From Takakia lepidozioides (lineage: Eukaryota > Plantae > Bryophyta): a stretch of 64,000 nucleotides of DNA. A model generated the notes under the pieces. It had not been told where the DNA came from. It ran no database searches and saw only the letters and a list, made by a program, of their open reading frames with translations. Positions 49,475 to 61,500 of the stretch are shown piece after piece. A program made the position numbers and the translations under genes. Location of the stretch: contig CM060734.1 of NCBI GenBank assembly GCA_030704615.1, positions 35,402,001 through 35,466,000 on the forward strand, in the 5' to 3' direction. Within the stretch, counting starts at the first letter, position 1; each line of letters begins with the position of its first letter.

Positions 49475-50344
49475 CTATCCTTCATCTACACGACCCTCAG
49501 AGTTCCTCTTCCTTAGATCCAATCTTGACGGAGGTATGGCAGCACGCCTTTGCCAGATGGGTACAAATTCCTCCTTCGATTTGACAAACTCCTCCTTCGA
49601 CAGAGGAGGCACCGGAGCAGGTATTGGCAATGAGGGGAGAGGGAAAGCACTCAAATCTTGGGATTTACTGGAAGCAAACTTCTGTAGGAGAGCACTGTGA
49701 AGGGCCCTCTCTTTGGTGCCCAGGTTATCGCGTTCATCGAGAGACTGGAAACTGTAAGAGTCCCTCCAGCCACCATTGTCGAAATTCTTCTCATAGCTTT
49801 GGAGGTCATAGTTAACCCACTCACATCGAGTCCCATGGGCCCTTTTGATATGAGCCCTCATTTTTCTGATGATCTGCTTCCATATCGGCGGCTTGAAGTA
49901 TTCCTCATTACCATCAACTTCCCAGCGGCCTCCAGTTCTAAGCCGATCCTTGGACCCGGGCTTCTTCTTGCCATCCACCTTCCACTTACCAGACCTCCGG
50001 CTAAAGCCACAGCACCCGCAACTCGATGACCGAGACCTAGGGGCCCGCCCTACCTTGGGTTTGTCTCGGTCTGCATCCAGACGTGCGAAAGCACTACCTT
50101 GCCCGCCCTTGTTCAAGAGGCCGGAGGAGCCAGACTCCGCCTTTCTGCTCCTACCCCATCTAATCGGAAAGCAGCATAAATCATACTCGTCATCACCAAC
50201 CCCATTCGCAACAGAGCCTTGCCTTGAAAACCTGGGGAACATCTCCTGAGTGAAGCTCGAAACTCTCATCGACAGAGATCGACCAGCATACACTGGGGCT
50301 CCTGGAGTCTCAGTCGCCTGATGACTATCAAACCACGCCGCCAT
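49475..50344 (-). CDS. Intronless plant-specific uncharacterised protein with YDxxSYxxNFD motif (289 aa)
   Basis: WKQIIRKM..VNYDLQSYEKNFDNG motif is typical of a plant family of unknown function; first ATG at 50344. Confidence 0.85.
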   Translation of the reverse strand: MAAWFDSHQATETPGAPVYAGRSLSMRVSSFTQEMFPRFSRQGSVANGVGDDEYDLCCFPIRWGRSRKAESGSSGLLNKGGQGSAFARLDADRDKPKVGRAPRSRSSSCGCCGFSRRSGKWKVDGKKKPGSKDRLRTGGRWEVDGNEEYFKPPIWKQIIRKMRAHIKRAHGTRCEWVNYDLQSYEKNFDNGGWRDSYSFQSLDERDNLGTKERALHSALLQKFASSKSQDLSAFPLPSLPIPAPVPPLSKEEFVKSKEEFVPIWQRRAAIPPSRLDLRKRNSEGRVDEG

Positions 50345-52184
50345 GCCTGCAGTCCTTCCTTTTCTCACTCTCGCTACCCCTCTCTAGCACGCCCACCCCT
50401 GATCCTCCCTTCCTCCCACCACAAAACCTCCACCCACTTCTCCCCACACACACTCACCAATCAAACTCGTGTCAAAGGTCCACTACGTCGATAGCAAACA
50501 CCAATCTCAACCCCTCTCCGAGAAATCAATCTACGCATACCGCTTCCTGAAGACATCTGCAGAGACAAGAGGAGTCATTCAAAGAACAAACCAACAACTA
50601 CCTGCTATCTATCTATCTCACTGGTGGTTTATATCTATCTATACACGTGAATTGCACACCATGCAAGACTGCTTGCGAGACTGCGCACCAAGTCGCTGTA
50701 CATACACAGAAAAGATTGTGATCTGCAGCGTTCTGTAAGAACACGGACATATAGCAGCGACGAGAGGAGATATAAGATAAAAAAGATAAAGTTTCTTAGA
50801 CGAGGAGAGAGAGGAAGATCATAAAAGTAACTAAGTTTCACACACACGTGCCGTTCCACATAACCGCAATTGCTTACTAACTTTTATTTATTTATTTCTC
50901 GGGCTGCCCCACACGCAGTCTGAAAGGTGTGGATCGTCTCGCAGATTTTACTGAGCGAGAAGGAGTCATCAAGTCTCGCAAGAGGCCCGTTGAAGGGGCC
51001 GTTTGTTGTCGAGGCTGCAATTCTTGGCTGGATCTCAACGGTAGAGTATACACTATAAACGGACAGCTTGCAAGGCCTTAATTGGGTTAGCCTGCTCATA
51101 ACTGTTTGATCAATGGCAACAAGCGAAAGCGGTGGGCAGTCAAAGAGACAAAGGGTGACGAGGGAGAAGACAGCGGCGCCGAAGAAGGCGCCGTCACCCC
51201 TTCAACCGTCCTTGCCTTCTCCGTGTTCAACTGTAACTGCAACTGTAATGGAGCCTCTGCATGCCTTCATTTCTGTTTATTTTCTTAGTTGTTTCTTCTT
51301 TCTTCTCTGAATCCAGATGTGATTGCTTTGACTGTGGGATATGAGGCTCTCCCTGGGTTGACTCGGCCCTGCTAGATTTCTCAAATATGCCAGTAAATAT
51401 TCTGTAGTCAATTTGCAGGTCGTGATCGTAAGGGACTGTAGGGACCGGTATACCGTCGCCGCCCTCTAAAGAAAAAACCTAGAAATGCATTGGCTGTGTC
51501 GGAATTTTGAGCAAGATTCGACTATTGATTTCACATATTCGGCAGTTTCTTTCTCATTTCCTTTTCTGAGGGGCGAAAAGCCTTCGTTTTTCATAGTATA
51601 AGCCGTCGTAAGCTTGCTATGTACAAGCACACGGCTAGCAAGAGCGTACCACTATCCACCAATTGGAGGGTTTCCATCACAATCCACCGACCAAATGATG
51701 GCTACCCATAGAGTGCTTTCGTGAGGGTCCACCCAAGCGGCATTGCGTCTTTCACTTGTTCCAGCACAGTGCCTGGAGCATATTGATTGCCATACATGCG
51801 GCCAGCTCAACGGCGTAAGCCCTAGTAGTACGGACAGCTCAGTTGGGCCCACGGATTTGACTGCTTGACCACTGTTTCCTCCACTTTCTCTTCAAAGAAT
51901 GACATGCTCGCATAGCAGGCCCCACACCAGGGATAGAGACGATTGTACAAGAGCAGCAGCTGCACCTTTCGAGGTGTCACGCTGGTGGGCATAATTTACT
52001 GTGCACTGACATTGTGTGTGTCGGTCTACTACCTACTCCCTACCTATCCGTGCATCATTCGATCCACCTCCCCTAGAATTCCCTGAGAGATATCATTGTA
52101 GATGCACCTCTGCTTAATACCGGGATCATCCAGCAGCTTTTGACACTCACCCCTAGGTGATTCATCATCGTGGGATGGCCAGGT

Positions 52185-52335
52185 GAGGTCGATTCGGCAA
52201 GCTTTCCAGTCAGGTTGATTCCGAGTCGGCAAGCTTTCAAGTAAGGTCGAGTTGGCAAGCTTTCAAGTCGGTTGATTCGGCAAGATTTCAAGGTTAGGTC
52301 GATTCTGCTTTCAAGTGAGGTTGATTCGAGCTTTC
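52185..52335 (+). repeat. ~25-bp degenerate tandem repeat (GGTYGATTCGGCAAGCTTTCAAGT), ~6 copies
   Basis: Visible directly in the sequence. Confidence 0.85.
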
Positions 52336-52389
52336 ATGGTGGGCGGGCTCTTCCTGGTGGAGGAGACTCGAGAATCCAGGGACTACCAC

Positions 52390-52650
52390 CTGCTTGATAT
52401 TTGCTTGATATTTGCTTGATATATAATACGTGGGGATATGCATCACAAGGGCTCCGTGAGTGGGAGGGATAAAATAAAACAGGACAGTTCAGGACAGGGC
52501 ACGACAGGGGTGGGGCTCCTGACACCCACTTTATGATAACGTGCCCAAGCATTCATCGCAAATCTGCGTGGATTCGAACCCCAGACCACCTCGGCCATAG
52601 TGACATCTTCAAGCACACTGCAGAGCCGTTACCCATAGTTAGCTGCTAAG
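52390..52650 (-). mobile_element. Candidate tRNA-derived SINE
   Basis: Minus strand: A-box-like GCAGCTAACTATGGGTAA, B-box GGTTCGAATCC, and a (ATATCAAGCAA)x3 tail. Confidence 0.45.
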
Positions 52651-55324
52651 TAACGACTATAGTAACGACACACTTAATCCTGCCCTAAAAACCTAACCCT
52701 TGCCTGTGATTAGTGACTTGGTTAGTGCGAATATTGGCGGCCGACTTTTTACTTTTGACCTGTGCTGTCCGACCTAGTAAGTAAGCCTCTATTCAGTCTG
52801 CCCTAATTTCCGATTCGCACGTGCGATGTGCCAGAATGCTGCTTCCGTTACAGAATGTTGATTCCTCTAAACACAATAATTTGGGAGTCCCTTTTACTAA
52901 AACTAACAGTGATAATAATAGTAATAATAACCATTGGGACAGACATTAATATGACGGATGATTATTATAGATTATTGCTTCTTGATATTCTCTTTTTCTT
53001 TGTTTTCAGGGTCCTTATTATGGGGATTATGATTATTTTTGTGCATCTAGATTTGTTTTTGAAAGGAAACCTGACGCTTGGCGCCATTTCGGAGCCAGCC
53101 CCAGCTCCAAGGCAGATACAACCACAGGGGATTGAACCCCAGACCCACAGGCCAATGCATAGGATCGCCAAAGATGCGAGACCCGATGTGCGATTTTCTT
53201 AAGTTATGAGAGGACGAATCTGACTTTTTTCAACGGACAGGATCGCATCTGGGGAGGCTATAACTCATTTTGCTGATCCATACGGTTCTCGTCTTTCGCG
53301 TCTTTCTTTGATAGTTGTCGGCTTCATGCCTTGTTTTTTCCTTACCCCCCTTACATCACAGTGACTAATTCAAGTGGCTGGACCACTCTCTAATCCTCAC
53401 ACCCCCCTTCAAACCTGGGCCCTTATTTATCTTCACATGGTACACGATTGATTGATGTTGCGTTCTATTATAATTTGCCGACCATTTGAGTTCAAAATAG
53501 TTTTGCTAACAGGACCGGAGACATTTTTCGTCCAGGAAGGGTGCACCTTACATCAGGTCAGGCGTAAGACTAGGGCCTTACGAAATTTGTAATAAGATGA
53601 CGATGTTGGGGGGAAGACGTTGGGGGCAGGTTGGTTTTTTACGCCGCCGTTCCACCATCCGTTCCACCATTTTCGAACACGTTAAGGATTTTGGGAGTTT
53701 ATTACGACATTTAACAGACTAATAATATTCATTATACATATTCCCTTGTCACGTTAGTCTGCACATACGGACATAATGTGCCCTAAGTGCAGATTAGGGT
53801 TCATAATACGTTATTTTGCTTTGCTGTTCTAATGACAATATGACACGTGGCATATAAAACCCTGGACTTGCTGGAAAGGCGTCACAGGAGCGCCTAACTT
53901 AATGCTATGCACGCCATGTGTCTCGTCCCGTTCGCCGGGCTCGGCCCGCATCTTACAAAGCATAGGGCGCTGCTGCTCGACCGTTCAAGGGCGCGTGAAC
54001 TCTTGCTACCGCCCCGATGGAACAGCCTCATCAGCTACCGTCCCCCTGTACCGTACAGCACTGCCAAAAACTTTGTTTGTATTTATCGTGCCGTTAAAAA
54101 GCAGAATTCATCGAGGTGCATGCACCCCATCAGCTCCCTCGAGTGCATTCCCGAAAGGCAGAATGCACGGCCATTAGATTTTTCTAAAATTTGCCATTTC
54201 TTTACGCAGGGTAATGCCCCTGGTGTGGGGCATTCCCGGATTTTCGGGCCTCCCTCCTGGGGCTACTACTCGGCGTCAGGCCCTTAAATCCGGGAATGCC
54301 CTCCACCGAGGGGCATTACCCTACAAACCCAATTTGTACCATTGCCCCAGCATGCTCTCTATTCCTTCCACCTGCCAAGCCGATGTTAGTATACATAAGC
54401 TTCTCTATATCCAACAGCATGAAGTTTTTTCTTAAAGTTATGTCCTACATTTTTCTTCTGTAGATGACTCATCTAAGTAGAGGAAATTTGTTGTCCCAGT
54501 TTTGGTTCCAAGCTAATTTTGAAGACACTGAAGGTTCACAGTTGCTGATGTTGCGGCGAACTCATTGTCTCCATTAAGTGTAGGGTGAGACCTGGGACGG
54601 GGCCTCACCTTGCCTAAAGAAACAACAAGATTTTGATGGGCAAGAATGTTACGCAACGTAAGGTGCCCCCTCTCCTCAAGAGGAGGAACCTTGTGCAGCA
54701 CAAGGTGTCATCCTCACCTTGCGGAAAAATCCCACCCGGCTAAGGTGCCATCCTCTCTAATAACTAAGATGTCATCCGTGGAACTTTCCGCTCCGGGTGG
54801 ACGGTTTCAGTGTGAGACCCACCCCTCCAAGACGACCTGCCTCATGCCTCTTTGAAGGTTATTTTTTCCCTTACTCCGTTATAAGAGAGAGAGAAGACTC
54901 CGGCCGTAGCCGGCGTAACTAAGAGCCACTTCACCTTTCGGCTATTGCCCCCTTTACTTCTGTCTCACGTTGGGGGTTGTATCAATTTAGACGAGATTTT
55001 GCTTGTTGGGTGAGTCTTGTGATTTTATCCCATTGGGATCCCTAAGAGTCATGGTTGGCATAAATGTCATACGTGGCTTCATGCCATGTCCTACAAATTG
55101 TCACAGATAATTATAACTTTAGACAACTACCTATCACATCAATATCCTCAGACCACACAGGCTTTTCTGAGGAATGAACGTACACTTGGATGAATTCCAT
55201 CATCCAGGATGTTTGCTTCCTTTAGAAGCAAATCTTTTCAATGTTTCATCCATACACAGAGTCAGCTATGGCCGCACAAAACTAAGGGACGATGGCAGGC
55301 AGAATATATACTGGTATCCCATAT

Positions 55325-55715
55325 ACGTAATTGGACATGGGGTCGTATTACAGCTGCCACCCAAGGTTTCACTTGTCAAGGAGTTTGTCACAATCTGGGG
55401 TTTGTAGCCTGAGTATTACTCCCCCATTCCAATTACGTTCGATAATGGCCACCGGTTGACCCTGCTTGCGGCAGGTCCGCCCGGTGGCCGTTATCTAGCA
55501 CGTAATTGGACATGGGGTTGTATTGTAGCTTCCACCCATCGTTTCATAGGGTTTGGCCCTTCACTTGTCAAGGGAGTTTTCCATATTGCACCATGTTGCG
55601 AGTCGTCTTTCGCTATCGTAGCTCTGACAGCGACATCTGGGCTATAAACTACAAACCTGAGGAATATTCCTCCATTCCAATTAGTTTGATAATGGCCACC
55701 GGTTGGGCCGCTAGT
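55325..55715. repeat. Two diverged tandem units, each with inverted ends (CGTAATTGGA...TCCAATTA(CG))
   Basis: Units at ~55325-55467 and ~55499-55715, with a hairpin GATAATGGCCACCGG...CCGGTGGCCGTTATC at the junction. Confidence 0.7.
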
Positions 55716-56272
55716 ACATAATATAGGGGGGTTCCTATAATACTAGATACCTCAATTTGGGTACACATACAGGAGTTTGATGAACTACATCTGATGATAA
55801 TGAGTTTCTCTAATGCAAAATGGTCTTATGCTTTTCATGCCTCCATTGCCCTTTTCTTTTTTGATTAGTTCTCGCCATTCTCATAGATCAACTGCAACAA
55901 AACATAGAAGATGATGAGCCAACAAGGGGGAAGCATGGAGGCTCTCATTTCCAAATCCACAGGGGAATGGCTACAACCCCTCTAAATTGCAGGTCCAACA
56001 GATTTTTTCACCTATGGATGTTTTGTATGCAAGTACATAGGGGTTAAAATCTAAAAATTGACAAGGAAAAATGTGCCTCCAAATGAAGTATTTTTTTTTC
56101 TACAAAATCTCTAAAACCCAGCAGTGGATGTATGTAATGCTCACACACCACAAGGTGAAGTGGTTTTTACAATTTTTTAATTTTTACTAACTTTATTGAT
56201 TTTACAATTTGGGCCTGTTTACCCGCCACATCAGCAGTCAACAAGCCCTTTACAAGGCCAAAATCGCCTCTG

Positions 56273-56730
56273 AATTTTGTGTGGCCTCGTCGCAATGAGG
56301 CCGCACGGTGCAGAGGGGACATGACCCTGACAGCGGGCCCCGCTACATTAAAACGATCCCTACTCCCCTATTTCTCTTATATATCAAAAAAACTACGGCA
56401 TGTTGGCTTGATGGAGGTTGTGGTCTGGTGGTAGGTCGATGGCGATGTGGTCATGCGGGTTCCATTCCCTGAATGTGGTAGGCGCTGATAACAACTACCT
56501 CCATGGAGGTTAGTATGTAACTACTACTCTCATGCAGGTAGATTCAGCTTGGTTTTGCAACTACCTTCATATAGAAAATCGTAAAACTACCTGCATGGAG
56601 GTAGTTGTAAATTTCATATGCCAAAAAAAATTCTAAGTCCTCCACGCATGAAGGTAGTTTGCTCCTATGTTAATGATACGGCGGGCCCCATCATCTGACC
56701 AGCCTCATTACAACGAGGCCTCACAAAATT
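56273..56730. mobile_element. MITE-like element with imperfect TIRs
   Basis: AATTTTGTGTGGCCTCGTCGCAATGAGGC pairs with GCCTCATTACAACGAGGCCTCACAAAATT; internal ACTACCT..ATG..GGTAGT repeats. TSD not resolved. Confidence 0.7.
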
Positions 56731-56893
56731 ATGAGACAAAGTTACCTTAGCTATTTTATGTAGATGGTAGCTTTTGTTTCTTCTTAATTTTTCTTTTTGC
56801 ATCATATTGGAGATAAGTCCTTTGTCATAAAAGCTTCATGAGTGGGCCCATCAGAGGAGATCCACTAAAATTAGGTGGAAGTGGAAATTCAGA

Positions 56894-56931
56894 GCGACCC
56901 GATTCGGGTCGCTTGGGAAATTAAGGGTTAA
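56894..56931 (+). mobile_element. piggyBac-like right terminus (hairpin, 12 nt, GGG|TTAA)
   Basis: Same architecture as 63896-63933. Confidence 0.45.
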
Positions 56932-57779
56932 GAAAAGTTCTATGACATTTTGCCACATTAACGCTTGGACTCAACTCAACGATGACGACTACTAATTTGC
57001 TCCTCGACGATTCTACCGTAAACAGCCTAGTTCTTCGTGATGGATAATGTTGTTTTGTTCTACAATTATCCCTTGTCATAAGTGCATGAAAAATTGAATT
57101 TAAGGTTTCACTTTTAAGATGAACTTTGATCAAGGATAAAAATAAAATAAAACCAAAGATGAATATATATATTATGGATAACCATGTGCGAATAAGAAAA
57201 TATACATAAATACATAGGTATATAGATAAGAGTATTGGATTTTTCAAATTTACATACATTGATCTATATACTGTTTTTTTAACTTTGAATTTATGTTTAA
57301 TATACCTTGGATATGACAAAAATCTTCACTGATATCAACTAGTATAGAGATTATCATCATGAATATTCTTATGATATTAATTGGGTCAATATGAAACCTT
57401 AGGTTGGTATTGGCAAATGACGCAAAATATATCCAGATTACACCCTAAAAAGAAGGGTTATGCACCTCAAGGTATCAAGTTTATGAATATGTATTGATGC
57501 ATATTTTGAGAAACATGACTCCGATTGAAGTCGACGTAACTTAGAGCCACTGCACCTTGTAGCTATAGCTCCCTATCGAGTTGTGCTATATAAGATGGAC
57601 GGTATTGCTATACAACTGTCAGTAGGAGTAGCAGCTACATGGAACAGTAGATATACAAGCATCAACAACTACCATAGTGTCATGTCATGGTCGCCATGTT
57701 TTGTATCACAGTGGCTGGTTCATCTAGGATTTCTATTTCTCCCTCTCTTTCTTCATAGAAATGTGGTGGGTAACTGCTT

Positions 57780-58340
57780 GGTTCCCCTTCTATTGGTGTT
57801 GCTGTTACTGCACCACAACATATACCTTTGAAACAACTTAGTCCTCCCAGTTGTATTTTTGCAACCTGCTCCCACTCTGGGTGTGCAGCAAACAGAGTAG
57901 CCTCCTGTTCTTCATCAAATCCTCCCCTCCATTCATATTCTTTGACTCCACGAGGTCTTCTGGTAGCAGGTAGTCTACCTGATTTCTTATTTGAAATTTG
58001 TATCTTGTGCTTATCCTTGCGCACAGTTAGAATCTGAGTATTCCAGTCATGGAATACCTTGGCCTATTTCGGCCATGGTCGTCCTAACATTAAGGAATAA
58101 GCTTCCATGACATCGTCCATTTTCAATACAGTCACAGTGATCTTAAAGACCAACTTCTGAATCTGTATTCTTACTCCTCTTATCAAGCCCAATGGTTGTA
58201 CACTTCTTTGATCTGCCATTGTTACTGTGAATGGGGCTGGTTTCATGTTACTCAGACCAAGCTTCTGCCTTAATTGGTTTGTCATGATATTCACTCCCGA
58301 GCCTCCATCTATCAGTACATCAGTAAGGTCTGTGCTTTTT
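57780..58340 (-). pseudogene. Ty3/gypsy aspartic protease remnant
   Basis: VLIDGGSGVNIM..LGL..PFTVTMADQRSVQPLGLI..YSLMLGRPW.*AKVFHDW. Confidence 0.85.
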
Positions 58341-58503
58341 AATTTATTGATATTATATATTATATATAAATATGATAAAGGTAATAGCTAATGAAATGTC
58401 AAAACTTTTAATACTGAATTATTCTTGTGAGGCTTCAGGTGTCCTTGGACAAGTGGATTGTGCCGAAGCAACACCTGCTTCAACACCTCTGTGCAAAAGC
58501 ATG

Positions 58504-61500
58504 CACTACAGGAAAAGAGGGGCTTTTGCAACACTCAGACCACGCCGCGGTGTCGAGAAAACGCCCATTTCGGGCACGGGGCAGGCGCCGTATTTGCGAC
58601 GCCCGACAGACGCATGGGTGTCGCAAAAATGCAACGTATAGGGGTCGCAAGCCCCCGCCCCAACTCCCGTGATTGCCGGACGTCGCTTTTCAGGCCGTCC
58701 ACGCCGATGGCAGGGGCCTCCTTCGAACGACGTCGCCGTCGTTGCCCTCCAGCCGACGGCATTGGTGGGGACGACGGCGCGGCGTCGCATCCTTTTTTTT
58801 TTTTTTACCTGCCCGGGAGTCCCATCCTAAAACCTAAAAACACATAAGCCGTTGGTACGCCAAGCGACGTCAGTGCGTCGCTGCAAGCGACTACTGGGCG
58901 TGGCAAAAAAAACAAAACAGTAGGTGCAGGAATCGGGCTCCGCGACGCCATGGTTTCCGCGGTGCTCTGGCGTCGCTTTCTTTATATTCAATTAAAAAAA
59001 TTAAAACACGTGGCGCATGCAGGGTGGTGGGCTCCGCAACGCCCTTGCGACCACAGGACCAAAAAAACACGTCGCAAGGAGTGTCGGGCGTTGCTGCCTG
59101 CAAATAAATTTGCGACGCCCGATCGTCGCGGCTTGCGACTCCCGCCCAAAAAACACGTCGCCAATTCCGTCGTCCTGCAGTCGCGAGACCAACCTGGTGG
59201 GGGGGGGTTGGGGGTTGATTTTGGAGGTGAACTGGGGGTGGTTTTTGTTTTTTGCCTGGTTTTTTGGGGGGATAGAAGACCTTACAGCTTCCATTTCTCT
59301 GATTTAGCAGGTACACAATTGAGCAAGCATGAATCGAGGGTAAGGACGGTGCGACACATGAATAAGATGTAAGATGGAAAGATGGAAATATATTTACAGG
59401 AAATGAGCTAAAAAACTCACAAGGGTTTAGTATGCTGACCCTGGGACCTACATGGACTAGGACTAGTCACCCTCATCCTCATCCTCTTCCTCAGTGGAGG
59501 ACTCAGAGCTATCCGATGAGCCTGATGACTCTGCGCCATTTGCCAGAGCACCTAAAGGAGGCGGCGTTCCCCTAAGTCCCGCAAAGCTTTCATCCAATCC
59601 CTAGCCATGACCCCCGACCTCATCCATACTAGTGCCTTGTAGTGCACTCATCCCCTCTGTGTTGGCCATGTTTTTCATGAGAGATGGTCAACCATGCTCC
59701 TTGGCGTAGGGGATTACTAAACCGTGAGGAGAATTCTGCTCATGCTTTTGGATGTGCTCACCTACAACCGCGGACACCTATTCGGCTTAGAGGACCTATT
59801 ACTGCGGGTAGTGTCCAGTATAACATGCATACCAATTCATCGTTATGGATGAATGACGGATGAATGATGGATGAATGGGCAATGAATGTATGTTGGACGA
59901 ATGGCACATAGATTAATGTAGTTTGTGATTGAATGCAGAATTAAAAAGCATTTTTGAGCCCCGAGCTCCAGAGTAAACCTCTGTCAACTGCAGAGGGTTG
60001 TGGTTGTCCTTTCACCAGGTATCCTAAGTCAAGAGAGATGCTGACACCCAATTGCAAAGAAGGTGAAGAGGCCATTTGGTGCTTTAATATAAATCATTTG
60101 AAAACAGCCGATTCATTCCGACGAAGAATATCCACTGCTACTGGAGTCGGAGTCCAAAACGAAGGAGATGATTTTGTGCAGAGCTTTGTTGTCATGTCAT
60201 TCTTCCATGTGATCAAAAATCCATGCTGGGTAAACGCCAGGTCGTTTGCTTGCAAAGCAGGGGTTGGGTTCATTTGCAAGTTTTTCAATTTTTATTTTTA
60301 TTTTATTTTTCCCCGTATGTTCCAGATTAAGGTGTCGTCAACGACACCTTAATCTACCTTAATCCGGCTAGTCTTCTGGTGTGTTATTTGGGATGAATGG
60401 CATCTACAAATTGTTCGGACCACATAACTTATGATTCATTGTCACGTCCTTCTTCTATGTGACCAGCAATCCATGTTGGGTTAACGGTCGTTTGCTTGCA
60501 AAGCAGGGGTTGGGTCCTTTTGCAAGTTTTCTAATATATATATATATATTACTTTGTTTTATTTTATTTTTCCCCAAATGTGCCACATTAAGGTGTCATC
60601 AACGACACCTTAATCTGGCTGGTCTTTGGGTGTGCTATTTGGGGTGAATGACATCTACAAATTGCTTAGACCATATAACTTATTATTCATTGTCATGTCC
60701 TTCTTCCATGTGACCAGAAATCCATGCTGGGTAAATGCCAGGTCTTTTGCTTGCAAAGCAGGGGTTGGGTTCATTTGCAAGTTTTCCAAAAAAAAAAATT
60801 AAAAAAAATATATTTTATTTTTCCCCGACGACACCTTAATCTGGCTGGTGTGCTATTTGGGATGAATAGCATCTACAAATTACTCGGCTTATGATTCGTT
60901 GTCATGTCCTTCTTCTATGTGACCAAAAATCCATGCTGGTAAATGCTAGGTCTTTTGTTGCAAAGCAAGGGCTGGGTTCATTTGCAAGTTTTCAAAATTA
61001 AAAATTAAAAATTAAAAAAAAAAATTTTCCCCGAATGTGCCAGATTAAGGTGTCGTCAACTACACCTTAATCTGGCTGGTCTCTTGGTGTGCTATTTGGG
61101 GTGAATGGCGTCTACAAATATCTCGGCTTATGATTCGTTGTTATGTCTTTCTTCCAAGTGACCAAAAATCCATGATGGGTAAACGCCAGGTCTTTTGTTG
61201 CAAAGCAAGGGCTGGGTTCATTTGCAAGTTTTCAAAAAATAATAATAAATTATTATTATTTTTATTTTTCCCCGAATGTGCCAGATTAAGGTGTCGTTGA
61301 CGACACCTTAATCTGGCTGGTCTTCTGGTGTGCTATTTGGGGTGAATGACATCTACAAATTGCTTGGCTTATGATTCGTTGTCATGTCCTTCGTGACCAG
61401 AAATCCATGCTGGGTAACGCCAAGTTTTTTGCTTGTAAAGTAGGGGTTGGGTTCATTTGCAAGTTTTTCAAAAAACAAAAAAACAAAAAATAATATTTTT

